64,000 nt of DNA from Candidatus Anderseniibacteriota bacterium (GTDB taxonomy: Bacteria; Patescibacteriota; Andersenbacteria; UBA10190): positions 23,414 to 87,413 of the forward strand of contig JBBDOX010000016.1 in the NCBI GenBank assembly GCA_040876835.1. The letters run 5' to 3'. The notes under the pieces were generated by a model. That model was not told the origin of the DNA and did not search any database. It worked only from the letters and a program-made list of their open reading frames with translations. Position 1 is the first letter of the stretch, and each line of letters starts with the position of its first letter. Below, one piece after another: positions 18,084-28,450 of this stretch. The translations under genes and the position numbers were made by a program.

Positions 18084-19616
18084 CTAAACCTTCGCACCGA
18101 AGACTTCCTGGACGTTTTTAAGATGTTTTTCCTCCTGCTGTCGTTTCTCAGCTCGTACTTCTGACAGGGATTTTCCGCTTGATTCCAGAACGACAGTAAC
18201 GGTAACCGACTGGTTAAGTAGTTCGCTCAATGTTTTCTCAACCACTTGCCTATTCTCCCCTTTCTCGAAGAAGTTGCGATGAAGTGGAAACTGAACGCGC
18301 AATATAATCTGGTTTCCATCTACTCCTGTAGCTTCAGTTGCCCGCAAAAACGTAGAGCTAACCGGACTACTCTTTTTTATGCCATCAATAAGGGCCGGCC
18401 AGACCTCTTTTACCTGATCAACTGTTACAACTCCAACAGCTACTTTCGGAGCTGGCTCTGCTGCTGCCGGGACTGGAAGTGCTGCAGTTATGATTGGCTC
18501 AGGAGTCGGGGCAGCTTTAGGCGGGATTGTGCGCGGTGTTTGTGGCACGGGTTGTTGAACTTGCGTTGGCTGTGGCGCTACCACGGTTAAAATAGCAAGC
18601 TGTAAGGCAATGAGCGGCTGCGGTACGTAGGTAATGTCCTGGGCTGCCTGGATAAGGGCTCGAATAATGTGTGGCAGTCTAGCCGCTGCCCTAGTCTGTT
18701 GCGCGAAGCTCATACTGAAACGCTCTTCTTTTATGAGCGCCACTAGCCCATCTCGGGCCGTCCGGATAACTTCCTGAATAAACTGCTCGGGATCAATCCC
18801 TTCTTGGAACATAATATCCGCCTGCGTAATTGCTGCTTGAGCATCCTGAGTTATAAGGGCCGAAAGGAAGGTATCGATATACTCAGGCGAAGGAATACCA
18901 AGGAGATTTGTAAGATTTCGGAGTGAGATAGTTTTCTCTTCCGTGGAAAGAATCTGCCCTAATAGACTCTCTCCATCGCGATAGCAGCCGTCACTGCGGG
19001 CGGTAATGAAATCAAGGACGGCGTCGTCAACGGTGCGCTTTTCCTTTTTGAGCAAGCTACTCAGCCGAGTCCGCATTTCTGTATCACTGGCGCGACGGAA
19101 GCGAAATACCTGACACCGGGACAAAATTGTTGCCGGCACTCTATGAAGCTCTGTCGTGGCCAAAATGAAAATAGCGTGCTTAACCGGCTCCTCTAGCGTC
19201 TTCAGTAATGCTGCAAACGCTTCGTTTGTCAGCATGTGCACCTCATCAATGATATATACCTTGTACTGTCCCAGTACCGGAGCAAGCGTCACATGTTCAC
19301 GTAGCGCTCGAATGTCATCAATACCTCGGTTGCTCGCCGCATCGATTTCGATAATGTCGATATTACGCTGTTCCTGGGTAGTGACGCATACATTACACTT
19401 ACCGCAAGGCTCTACTCCCTTAGCTTTCGTACAGTTCAGACGCTTAGCCAGCAGACGTGCCGTTGTTGTCTTACCGGTTCCGCGGGGACCCTGAAATAGG
19501 TAGGCATGCGCCACACGATCCTTGAGGATAGCCTGCTCAAGGATCGCAGTGACGTGATCTTGCCCTACAACTTCTCCAAATGTCTGAGGGCGGTATTGTC
19601 GGTAGAGGGCGGGCAT
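18084..19616 (-). CDS. dnaX: DNA polymerase III subunit gamma/tau
   Basis: LYRQYRPQTF, GPRGTGKTT, Zn-binding Cys, EIDAAS, DEVHML, SRC. Confidence 0.96.
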   Translation of the reverse strand: MPALYRQYRPQTFGEVVGQDHVTAILEQAILKDRVAHAYLFQGPRGTGKTTTARLLAKRLNCTKAKGVEPCGKCNVCVTTQEQRNIDIIEIDAASNRGIDDIRALREHVTLAPVLGQYKVYIIDEVHMLTNEAFAALLKTLEEPVKHAIFILATTELHRVPATILSRCQVFRFRRASDTEMRTRLSSLLKKEKRTVDDAVLDFITARSDGCYRDGESLLGQILSTEEKTISLRNLTNLLGIPSPEYIDTFLSALITQDAQAAITQADIMFQEGIDPEQFIQEVIRTARDGLVALIKEERFSMSFAQQTRAAARLPHIIRALIQAAQDITYVPQPLIALQLAILTVVAPQPTQVQQPVPQTPRTIPPKAAPTPEPIITAALPVPAAAEPAPKVAVGVVTVDQVKEVWPALIDGIKKSSPVSSTFLRATEATGVDGNQIILRVQFPLHRNFFEKGENRQVVEKTLSELLNQSVTVTVVLESSGKSLSEVRAEKRQQEEKHLKNVQEVFGAKV

Positions 19617-19671
19617 AGCTTCCTAAGTATTAAGGAGGAAGCAGCTGCAAGCAAGCCTATCTTTGCAGCAG

Positions 19672-20166
19672 TTATCCTTTAGCACTGTTGCGAAATACCA
19701 GAAACTTACTGCCCAAAAAGTTAACAAAGAGAATAATACCAATTGCCAGAGCCTTAGCCGCGTTATCTTTTTGACTGCCAAACATAATCGCCACAATGGG
19801 AACGTGGAAGGTAAAGAAGGATGTCAGAATCTGATTAAAGACGAACGTAATTCCGTTGAGGATAAAGTAGCCAGCTCCCTGACCGGTGGCATTGCCGGAA
19901 GTCGCCCGGAACGTCCAGTAACGATTAAGGAGAAAGTTGCTGGTAATGGCCAGCAAGACGCTGACCAGATTAGCCGCAATAATCTGGTAGTTAAAGATTT
20001 CATATATCTCAGTCCAACCCAACCCACGCGTCAGCAGATTATAACTACCAAAGTCTACAACTGCACCGATTGCTCCAACCGCCACAAACTTAATGAATTG
20101 TTTAGCTGTTGACTGGTAGCGGACCGGTAGGGCGTTTACCAGTCGAAGTGTTAGCTCCTCCATCAT
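19672..20166 (-). CDS. GtrA family membrane protein
   Basis: QFIKFVAVGAIGAVVDF...NFLLNRYWTF. Confidence 0.88.
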   Translation of the reverse strand: MMEELTLRLVNALPVRYQSTAKQFIKFVAVGAIGAVVDFGSYNLLTRGLGWTEIYEIFNYQIIAANLVSVLLAITSNFLLNRYWTFRATSGNATGQGAGYFILNGITFVFNQILTSFFTFHVPIVAIMFGSQKDNAAKALAIGIILFVNFLGSKFLVFRNSAKG

Positions 20167-20174
20167 TTATTTAC

Positions 20175-20696
20175 TTAGTTTTTATGAATAACATGCTCAA
20201 CTGCACCCCACTCGGCATCCCCGTGTTTGGGGAGAAGAACGGTTACCTCATCTCCTTCATTGGCGCGGTAAAAGGTAACACTGGCGAGTAGTACTTTATA
20301 TAGCTTCTCCGGTGTTTTTACCCCGAAGTTGCCATGTTCGTCCACCACCAGGGTTCCAACAGTACGTTCGCGGTCAATTGGGCTAATTTGCTTGTATGTA
20401 AATGATCCGTCGGTTCCAATTGTGAGTTTTAGTACATCCCCTTCAACCAGCTTGGATTTTGAGGCGTAATTAGGTGGCACAGGATAGGTTTCTCCATCGT
20501 TGCCCTGCATGTTTTGACCGTCAAAAACACCTTCAATTATGCGTTCTTCCGGAGAGGGTTCCTCGGAAGAATGAGTCTGACTAGTCGACGGCTGAACCTC
20601 CCCTTCTTCTAAGGCTTGACGAACATACTGGATATTCCGTTCAGCATCATCTAGCCGTTGCTTGATAAGGGCGAGAGTGCGGGAATCTATAGCCAT
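20175..20696 (-). CDS. Conserved CPR-type hypothetical protein
   Basis: IIEGVFDGQNM...YPVPPNYASKSKLVEGD, recognised from Parcubacteria proteins. Confidence 0.8.
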   Translation of the reverse strand: MAIDSRTLALIKQRLDDAERNIQYVRQALEEGEVQPSTSQTHSSEEPSPEERIIEGVFDGQNMQGNDGETYPVPPNYASKSKLVEGDVLKLTIGTDGSFTYKQISPIDRERTVGTLVVDEHGNFGVKTPEKLYKVLLASVTFYRANEGDEVTVLLPKHGDAEWGAVEHVIHKN

Positions 20697-20805
20697 AGGG
20701 CAAAAAGAGTGTTGGTGTTGGGAATCAAATCGTTGCGTTTATGGTACACTATTATCAGAAAAGCAACCACTTTTCCCTCTACCTCCTCACAATATATTCT
20801 TTGTC

Positions 20806-22401
20806 ATGAAACGCAGCTCCGCAGTCGCTTTGTTAATGGTTCTTTTAGTTATAGCCGCAGCTGTACGAAGTTTTCAGTTGACTGATCGAAGTTTGTGGTT
20901 TGATGAAGCATTTTCTTGGCGACTCATTCAGTTTCCTACTTCTGAAATGATTGCCCGGGACGCCGCCGATGTGCATCCTCCACTCTATTACCTACTCCTC
21001 AAAGGGTGGGGATTAGTATTTGGCACGTCGCTTTTGGCGTTACGATCTTTTTCAGTCCTGCTGAGTCTGATGGCAATTCTCATGGGGTATATATTCACCG
21101 CTTCAGCTTGGCGCTCCCGTGCTGTAGGTCTTATAGCTGCAGCGTTGATGGCCGTGGCGGGCTGGCAGATTCAATATGCTTGGGAAGCCCGCATGTACAC
21201 CCTGGGAATTTTCCTGTCACTCCTGACATCGTGGCTACTCTTGCATCTTGTGCGTACTAGTCAGGAGCGTAGGCCAATAAGTTGGCTGCTGGCAGCGTTA
21301 TATACAATAAGTGCTGCCGCTTTTGCATATACCCACTACTTTGCTTTCTTTACTCTAGCTGCCCATGCACTGTTTGTGGCTGTTGTCTTAATTCAACGCA
21401 CCCGTTGGCGGCTGGGAGAGATGTTGCAATCGCACCTGTTGTGGGTAGCAGCCAGCGCCGCAATTCTCACCGTAGTCCTGTACATCCCGTGGATACCTGT
21501 GTTTTTAGCGCAAAATTCTCAGGTTCAGGAAAGCTACTGGGTGCCAGCCATCGGTGGCTGGTCCATACCAGATACCTTCTATCGTATGTTGATCCCTACC
21601 TCCCAGACCCCACAGCATACGGGTTTCCCGGTGATACTGGCAGCTTTACCTATTCTGGTCGTTATATCGCTGTGGACGTGGCTGGTAGTAGCGTGCAGCT
21701 CTTCCGTCCATAGTGCTCTGGCCGATAATCAGAATAAGCGGTCCCAGGCATCAAAACAGGCTCGCTGTGAAGCCGCTTGGCTTGTCATGCTTAGCGCCGC
21801 CGTACCTTTTGTTCTGGCAATTCTTGTATCGTTTGTCGGACAGTCGCTGTACCAGGATCGGTTCTTGGTTTTCACCCACGTTTTCATTCTCATCGGTATT
21901 GCCCGTCTGTTGGCAGCCATCCCCGCAACTTCTGCGCGACGCATTGCTGTGACAGCAGTAATTGTGGTCTTTGCACTGCTATCGGTGCGGTTTTGGCAGG
22001 AACTGGATGTGGCCAGCAAGCCGGGTGCACACGCGGCCACCCAATACATATTCCGTGAGCGAAATAACGATGAACCTATTTTCGTCAGCTCACCATTCGT
22101 GTATTTCGCAATTGACCATTATGCTCAGGAGGAATTTGATTTTTCAGCCGACCCCACCCTTCTTGTGAGCGGCCAACCTTCTCACTTTGCCGGCGGCCCT
22201 ATTCTAACCACCCAGGACATCATTGACCCCCTAGTCTTAGACACCTTGCCTGCTCCCGCCTTTTGGATGGTTGATACCACGGGGTTTGGAGGAGCAGAGA
22301 TGCCTGTTTCGTCGCGGTGGAGATCAGTTGATCGACAGGAGTTTGTCGAAGTCTTCCCCTATCAGGGACATGTCATTGTTCATAAATACGTTCGCTCTTA
22401 G
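20806..22401 (+). CDS. GT-C fold membrane glycosyltransferase (GT39/PMT-like)
   Basis: SLWFDEAFS, DVHPPLYY, EARMY, YTHYF; multiple TM segments; ATG 20806 chosen. Confidence 0.88.
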   Translation: MKRSSAVALLMVLLVIAAAVRSFQLTDRSLWFDEAFSWRLIQFPTSEMIARDAADVHPPLYYLLLKGWGLVFGTSLLALRSFSVLLSLMAILMGYIFTASAWRSRAVGLIAAALMAVAGWQIQYAWEARMYTLGIFLSLLTSWLLLHLVRTSQERRPISWLLAALYTISAAAFAYTHYFAFFTLAAHALFVAVVLIQRTRWRLGEMLQSHLLWVAASAAILTVVLYIPWIPVFLAQNSQVQESYWVPAIGGWSIPDTFYRMLIPTSQTPQHTGFPVILAALPILVVISLWTWLVVACSSSVHSALADNQNKRSQASKQARCEAAWLVMLSAAVPFVLAILVSFVGQSLYQDRFLVFTHVFILIGIARLLAAIPATSARRIAVTAVIVVFALLSVRFWQELDVASKPGAHAATQYIFRERNNDEPIFVSSPFVYFAIDHYAQEEFDFSADPTLLVSGQPSHFAGGPILTTQDIIDPLVLDTLPAPAFWMVDTTGFGGAEMPVSSRWRSVDRQEFVEVFPYQGHVIVHKYVRS

Positions 22402-22404
22402 CGT

Positions 22405-23229
22405 TTACCTATCTGAAACGGGAGCGTTGTCACGTAGTTTGTAATACACTCGGTTTGAGATTCGCAGGTCGACATACTCGATGTATTCTTTTTCTTCTTC
22501 GGTAATAGTGTGAGCCAACAGGCGCTGTAGCACATTAACCTGCAGCGAGAGATGCCGGGTCGTATCAAATCGGATAATCCAGTTGTTATTCAGCAGCACA
22601 TGAACTTCCCGGGCTGACAGTGATGGAATGCGCATCTCTACAATATCTGCTTCAGTGACTGCGGGGATATCTTCCTGGGCTTGGATAATGAACTCCACGA
22701 AAGAGGTTTCAACGGCGGGCTGGCCTATTTGCAGGCTCGCTGTCTGGTCGTTGTTTTTAATTATCGGCAATATTGTACCGGGCAGTGTCCCCAACTCTGC
22801 CTGCTCGTAGGCAATACCCTGCGCGTCAACGAAAAAGTACATGCCATTAGAGAGCAGGAGGAATGCAGGCGTTTTTTCTTGAACCACCACACGCAGCGTA
22901 TTCGGCAGTTTACGGGTGATATATATGTCACGGACTTGCGGAACGGATGATAAGATACGCTGCTCAAGAATAGGGGTTTGTAGAAACAGAATATTTCTTC
23001 CCTTGGCTGACGTTGTCAGGTCTTGAATGGCCGCCGCGGTGTGTTCTCGGCTGTCCACCACTGTTATCGCTTGTACGTGAAAGGTATTGGTAAAAAAAGC
23101 CAGCCAGGCGAGGGTGCCGAGCGGAATGACAATAAGCGCTACGAGAAGCGCAATAGAACCCCATTCGATGAGGCGTTTTTTAATGGCGGGTCCTCGCAGG
23201 GAGCCGAATATGCGGGAAGGTAATTGCAC
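22405..23229 (-). CDS. ftsQ: Cell division protein FtsQ/DivIB (POTRA domain)
   Basis: TM, RKLPNTLRVVVQEK, C-terminal EYVDLR. Confidence 0.8.
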   Translation of the reverse strand: MQLPSRIFGSLRGPAIKKRLIEWGSIALLVALIVIPLGTLAWLAFFTNTFHVQAITVVDSREHTAAAIQDLTTSAKGRNILFLQTPILEQRILSSVPQVRDIYITRKLPNTLRVVVQEKTPAFLLLSNGMYFFVDAQGIAYEQAELGTLPGTILPIIKNNDQTASLQIGQPAVETSFVEFIIQAQEDIPAVTEADIVEMRIPSLSAREVHVLLNNNWIIRFDTTRHLSLQVNVLQRLLAHTITEEEKEYIEYVDLRISNRVYYKLRDNAPVSDR

Positions 23230-23246
23230 TTCCCTATTCTAACGCA

Positions 23247-24509
23247 TTATTTACCTTGTGGCTGAATCTGCGTGAATGGCAGGTAGGAGCCGAGCGCCTG
23301 GGGGATATGGATACTGCCATCTGATTGCTGATGGTTTTCAATTAAGGCAATCAGGATTCGGCTTAAGGCAATAGCTGTGCCATTGAGCAGGTGCGCTTTA
23401 ACAGTTGATCCGTCATCAAGTCGGGTGCGAATGTTTAGGCGACGGGCCTGATAATCAGTGGTGTTGCTGGTGGAATGAGTTTCCCGGTAGGCCTCTTCTC
23501 CTGGAATCCACGTTTCAATGTCATAGGTTTTAGCCGAAGGAGCCCCCAGATCACCGGCTGCTAGTTTCACCACCCGGTATGGCAGCTCCAAGGCGTCAGC
23601 AATTGATCGCTGCTGCTCAAGGATAAATTCATGTTCAGCTGAAGAATCCTGTGGACGAGTAAAACTAAACATTTCCACCTTATCAAACTGATGGAGGCGT
23701 AGTATTCCTTTTACGTCCTTGCCGTGACTGCCGGCTTCTCGCCGAAAGCATGGAGAAATACCCACGTAACGTAGTGGATGCTTAAGGTCAAGAATTTCAT
23801 TCATATGCATCGGACCTATAGACTGTTCGCTGGTGCCGACCAGGTAGAGATTATCCTGGGTTCTGTACACCTCTTCTTCGCCTGCCTGGTCCAGGTATCC
23901 CATCCCAGCCATTGCTTCCTCTTTGACTAACACGGGAGGAATGACGGGTGTAAACCCTTTATTGGATAACGTATCAACTACGTACGAGACAAGTCCCAGC
24001 TCGAGGCGGGCTAACTGTCCCCTTATATACACAAAACGGCTACCGGAAACTTTCGCCGCGCGCTCCAAATCAATATCATTTCCCAGTAGTGACAAGTAAT
24101 CACGAAGGGCAGTGGCCGGTTTAGGTGTCTTACTTTCTGCAACTACTTCAAAATCTTCTTCACCGCCGGTTGGCACGTCATGGAGTGGAATATTAGGTAG
24201 GGCGCGCCAGAGCGTATCGCGCGCCTGCTGCGCCTCTTTCAACTGAACAGAAAGTTCTTTTTCCTGCTCGGCTACTCCTTTCATTTTTGCAATCAAAGGC
24301 TCCCTTTCCGCTGCTGATTGTTGGTTTATAGCTTCATTGGCGCTGTTTTTATCGGCTCGCAACTTCTCTACCTGTTCCGAAAGCGTACGCCAACTTTTAT
24401 CAACTGCCAGCAGTTCTTCAATTCGCGCTCGTTCAACGCCACGTTTTTCCAATTGAGCTATGCTTTTATCTTTGCTTTCTTCGTTCCTTAACAGAGTAAT
24501 ATCAATCAT
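23247..24509 (-). CDS. serS: Serine--tRNA ligase
   Basis: GTSEQ, FRREAGS, RLHQFDKVEM, LNGTA. Confidence 0.96.
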   Translation of the reverse strand: MIDITLLRNEESKDKSIAQLEKRGVERARIEELLAVDKSWRTLSEQVEKLRADKNSANEAINQQSAAEREPLIAKMKGVAEQEKELSVQLKEAQQARDTLWRALPNIPLHDVPTGGEEDFEVVAESKTPKPATALRDYLSLLGNDIDLERAAKVSGSRFVYIRGQLARLELGLVSYVVDTLSNKGFTPVIPPVLVKEEAMAGMGYLDQAGEEEVYRTQDNLYLVGTSEQSIGPMHMNEILDLKHPLRYVGISPCFRREAGSHGKDVKGILRLHQFDKVEMFSFTRPQDSSAEHEFILEQQRSIADALELPYRVVKLAAGDLGAPSAKTYDIETWIPGEEAYRETHSTSNTTDYQARRLNIRTRLDDGSTVKAHLLNGTAIALSRILIALIENHQQSDGSIHIPQALGSYLPFTQIQPQGK

Positions 24510-25978
24510 AGCTCTGGTCTTAAGAGTGGAAACAAAATCGTATCGCGCAACGTAGGACTGTCGGTAAGCAGCATTGTCAGCCGATCGACTCCGAGGCCGA
24601 ATCCGGCTGTAGGAGGCATGCCATACTCCATGGCCCGAAGGTATGCTTCATCAACTGCCTGGGCTTCCGCGTCTCCTTCTTCGCGAGCCCGTTGCTGCTC
24701 TTCGAATCGCTGACGTTGTTCAACGGGGTCGTTCTGCTCAGTATATGCATTTACAATTTCCGTGCCGGCAATTAACAGCTGGAACTTTTCAGCGATCCGG
24801 GGATCGTGGGGGCTTCGTTTTGCCAGCGGCACCATTTCAAACGGATAGTCATACAGGAGGGTTGGCTGAAGCAAGGAAGGCCTCACCAGCTCCTTGTAGA
24901 GCTCATCAACAAGTTTCATATAGTTGTGGGCTTCGGGCACTTCAATCCCCTCCCGTTCAAATATCGCCAGATACACGTTGGGATCTTTTTCTTCCAGAAT
25001 ATCAACGCCAATGCGTTCACTGACAACTTCTACATATCGCTTGCGCTCAAAGGGAGCGCTGAAGTTCAAGCTTTGTTCCTGCCAGCTCACCTGCCCGCTG
25101 CCCACCACTTCCTGGGCTAGCTTGCTGATCATCTGCTCGGTCATGTCCATGAGATCTTCGTAATCCGCCCCGGCCCAGTAAAACTCCAGCATCGTAAATT
25201 CCGGATTGTGCTGTTTACTTATTCCTTCATTACGGAAGTTACGACCGATTTCAAATACTTTTTCAAACCCGCCGACAATCAGACGCTTGAGATATAGCTC
25301 AGGGGCGATACGTAAAAATAAATTCATATCAAGAGTATTGTGATGGGTGTGGAATGGTTGGGCTGCCGCTCCTCCGGCAATCGGCTGTAGAATAGGAGTC
25401 TCCACTTCCAGAAATTGCTGATCCGTTAAATATTGACGCAGCCATGTAACGATGCGACTACGAGTCATGAATGTCTGACGAACATGGTCATTCATCAGCA
25501 AATCTACTTCCCGTTGGCGATAGCGGGTCTCGTGATCTTTGAGTCCATACCAAGAATCCGGCAGCGGCCGAATGGCTTTGGAGATGATATGAAACTCGGA
25601 TACAGCCAGGGTTTGTGTGCCACGTTTGGTGGTTGTAACATCTCCAGCAGCCTGGATCCAGTCACCTGTATCAATGGACTCAAGTCTGGTAAATATCTCC
25701 TCAGCTGCATCATCCTTCATTAATTGAAGCTGAAAGGTACCGCTGCTATCAGTTAAGTCTAAAAAGGCCAATCCACCGTGTTTTCGCAGTGCAGTTACTC
25801 TGCCCCAGACTGTGACGGGAGTGTTATCACTCTGAAGCTGTTCAAACTGATCTGTGAGCTCAGAGGCTGTGTGACTACGGCGTACTTCAGTCGGGTATGG
25901 CACAGCCCCACTAGCTAAAAGTTCCTCACGCTTCGTGAGGCGGGCTTGCCGCATTTCTTCCAGTCGCATCTTTGCCAT
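24506..25978 (-). CDS. lysS: Lysine--tRNA ligase (class II)
   Basis: RIAPELYLKRL, FRNEG, HNPEFT, YGMPPTAGFGLGVDRL. Confidence 0.97.
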   Translation of the reverse strand: MAKMRLEEMRQARLTKREELLASGAVPYPTEVRRSHTASELTDQFEQLQSDNTPVTVWGRVTALRKHGGLAFLDLTDSSGTFQLQLMKDDAAEEIFTRLESIDTGDWIQAAGDVTTTKRGTQTLAVSEFHIISKAIRPLPDSWYGLKDHETRYRQREVDLLMNDHVRQTFMTRSRIVTWLRQYLTDQQFLEVETPILQPIAGGAAAQPFHTHHNTLDMNLFLRIAPELYLKRLIVGGFEKVFEIGRNFRNEGISKQHNPEFTMLEFYWAGADYEDLMDMTEQMISKLAQEVVGSGQVSWQEQSLNFSAPFERKRYVEVVSERIGVDILEEKDPNVYLAIFEREGIEVPEAHNYMKLVDELYKELVRPSLLQPTLLYDYPFEMVPLAKRSPHDPRIAEKFQLLIAGTEIVNAYTEQNDPVEQRQRFEEQQRAREEGDAEAQAVDEAYLRAMEYGMPPTAGFGLGVDRLTMLLTDSPTLRDTILFPLLRPEL

Positions 25979-26051
25979 ACGGGTAGCGTACAGCAGATTA
26001 GCGGTGCGCTCAATATGTACAAAACCAGCCTGTGTAAGGCTGGTTTTGAAA

Positions 26052-26507
26052 TTATCCGATCTTTTTAATCTGACATTCCTTATGTCCAGCGGGAGTGGGG
26101 ATCCTTACTTTCTCCCCCTTCTTTTTGCCTAGTAGGGCCTGGCCCATTGGAGACTCATTGCTAATTTTCCCCTCCAGTGGATCAGCTTCGTTGGAACCAA
26201 CAATGCGATATATTTTTTCATCTCCAGCGCAATCAACGGTTACGGTATTACCAATGCTGACCTCGCTATTATCTGCTTCTTTAATCACCTGGGCGTGCTT
26301 GAGGGTGCTTTCTAGTTCAGAAATTTCCTGTTCGAGACGATTCTGCTCTTCCTTAGCAGTTTGATATTCAGCATTCTCAGATAGGTCTCCCTGTTCTTTA
26401 GCAGTATGAATCGCTTCGGCAATTTCACGGCGACGGTTGGTCTTGAGGTTCTGTAGCTTATCTTGAAGTTCAGTTAGCCCTTCTTTCGTTAGGTATTGCT
26501 CTTTCAT
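26052..26507 (-). CDS. greA: Transcription elongation factor GreA
   Basis: GDLSENAEY, ISNESPMGQALLG. Confidence 0.96.
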   Translation of the reverse strand: MKEQYLTKEGLTELQDKLQNLKTNRRREIAEAIHTAKEQGDLSENAEYQTAKEEQNRLEQEISELESTLKHAQVIKEADNSEVSIGNTVTVDCAGDEKIYRIVGSNEADPLEGKISNESPMGQALLGKKKGEKVRIPTPAGHKECQIKKIG

Positions 26508-26638
26508 AACGGTGGTAAAAATATAAGTTAAAAAAATGCGAGCAAAAATGCCCAGAAATCTTATGTGGAGCTAGTGTATCTGTTTAGGTGAAGGGGTCAA
26601 GGATGACTTTTTCACACTTTGTCATACGATTTTGACAT

Positions 26639-28450
26639 TTAGCTGTTAGGGCGGCTCGCAGCCCACCATTGCCATATTTCCTTGGCAAAGGGCACGGCAT
26701 CTTTGTCTCCCTCTCCGCCTTTTTCTAATAAAACGACCAAGACCAGCTCCGGCTCTTCATAAGGCCCAAAACTGGAAAACCAGGCATGGGTAGGCTGGTT
26801 TCCTCCCACCTGAGCTGTTCCAGTTTTGCCGGCCAGAGCAATTGGCAGTCCATCCAAGGCTTTTCCTGACCCGTCAGTTATTGTTTGCCGCATGCCTTCT
26901 CTGACCGACTGCACGGTTTGGGAAGAAACCGGTAAAGGTATCTGCCTAATTGTGTTGGTGTTAACCAGGTGCGGCTGGTAGATATATGAGCCCTCGGCCA
27001 AGCCGGCAGTGGCCACCGCAATCTGGAGCGGAGTAACTAGGACATCACCCTGTCCGATTCCCAGGTGGTAAGTATCTCCTATATACCATCGCTCTCCCTT
27101 TACCGCCTCTTTCCACTCTGGCGTGGGCAGAAGACCACTTGCCTCGGACGGAAGATCGATACCCGTAGGTGTTCCCCAGTTAAACTTACCTAAGTATTCA
27201 ACCGTTTTGTTTACACCCAGACCCTGAAACTGATCTGTTCCGCCGGTGATCATATAGAAAAAGGTGTTTACGGATTCAGCAATAGCCTTATGTACGTTTG
27301 TTACCCCATGCCCGCCAGCTTTCCAGTCGGGGAATGACCAGGGTCCAACGGAAATACCACCCGTAGACAGAATGGTTGTAGATGGTGCAATTAAACCTTC
27401 TTCAAGAGCAGCGGAGGCGATGAATGGCTTAATCACAGAACCCGAAGCAAAGGTGCCATCGACTGCTCGGTTAAAAAGCGGATTTCGTGAGTCCTGAAAG
27501 AACGTTGCTACCTCTCTCTGTAGAGCCGGTTGCGAAAAGGCGTTGGAGTCAAAGGAAGGGTAACTAACTAACGCTAATACTTCCCCACTTCGAGGATCCA
27601 GGGCGACGACTGCTCCGCTCGTAGAAGGTTTGCCCTGCTCCTGTTGCTTTTGATCACGTTCAGAGAATAGGCTGTAAATGAATTCCTGGAACTTAATATC
27701 AAGCGTAAGCTGAATGTCTTGGCCCGGAGTCGGAGCTTTAGCTCCCAGGTTTGTCTGCGGCTTACCGGCAGCGTTAATTTCTGTTTCGGCAATTCCTGGT
27801 GTTCCTCGCAGAAGTTGTTCATAGGATTTCTCAATCCCCTGTTTGCCGGTGGTGTCGGTAGGATACAGGGCTCGGTCAGCTTCGAGTTCCTGGGCTGTGA
27901 CCGCGCTGGTATATCCCAGAACATGGGCGGCTGATTGACCAGCGGGATACTTGCGAACTAAAGAAGATGCCAGGCGTGTGCCGCTCAAAACACTGCCGGC
28001 CTCCTCGAGCTCTAATACCTTAGTATGATCAACGGCTTTTGCGAGCAGTACGGGTTGACCTGTGACTCGAGCTTTATTAATAGCATTGCGGATATCTTCA
28101 AGAGAGGTCGTTGGTAGAAGCACCGATAAGTTGTCGAGTAGTGTTCCCTCGTTCTCCTGCGTGGGTAGAGTGTGCGGATCAATAACCAGATCAGTACTGG
28201 AAATGTTTTCTACCAGAGCAATGTCATGACGATCGTAAATAATCCCGCGCGCCGCTGGAATAATATTAGCATCAACGCGGTTGTGCTCGGCGGTGGCGCG
28301 GAATCGGGCTCCGTCTACAATCTGTAGAAAAAAGCTGCGTGAAGCTAGCGCCGCCATACTTATCCACAGCACGACCCATAAAAATAAAAACCGTTTAGTC
28401 GGGGTTCTCACGGCGGGACGTGTGCTCTCGATGAAGGATGTTTCGTTCAT
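26639..28450 (-). CDS. mrdA: Penicillin-binding protein 2
   Basis: RGIIYDR, GSVIK, SVN and KTG motifs; follows mreBCD. Confidence 0.92.
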   Translation of the reverse strand: MNETSFIESTRPAVRTPTKRFLFLWVVLWISMAALASRSFFLQIVDGARFRATAEHNRVDANIIPAARGIIYDRHDIALVENISSTDLVIDPHTLPTQENEGTLLDNLSVLLPTTSLEDIRNAINKARVTGQPVLLAKAVDHTKVLELEEAGSVLSGTRLASSLVRKYPAGQSAAHVLGYTSAVTAQELEADRALYPTDTTGKQGIEKSYEQLLRGTPGIAETEINAAGKPQTNLGAKAPTPGQDIQLTLDIKFQEFIYSLFSERDQKQQEQGKPSTSGAVVALDPRSGEVLALVSYPSFDSNAFSQPALQREVATFFQDSRNPLFNRAVDGTFASGSVIKPFIASAALEEGLIAPSTTILSTGGISVGPWSFPDWKAGGHGVTNVHKAIAESVNTFFYMITGGTDQFQGLGVNKTVEYLGKFNWGTPTGIDLPSEASGLLPTPEWKEAVKGERWYIGDTYHLGIGQGDVLVTPLQIAVATAGLAEGSYIYQPHLVNTNTIRQIPLPVSSQTVQSVREGMRQTITDGSGKALDGLPIALAGKTGTAQVGGNQPTHAWFSSFGPYEEPELVLVVLLEKGGEGDKDAVPFAKEIWQWWAASRPNS

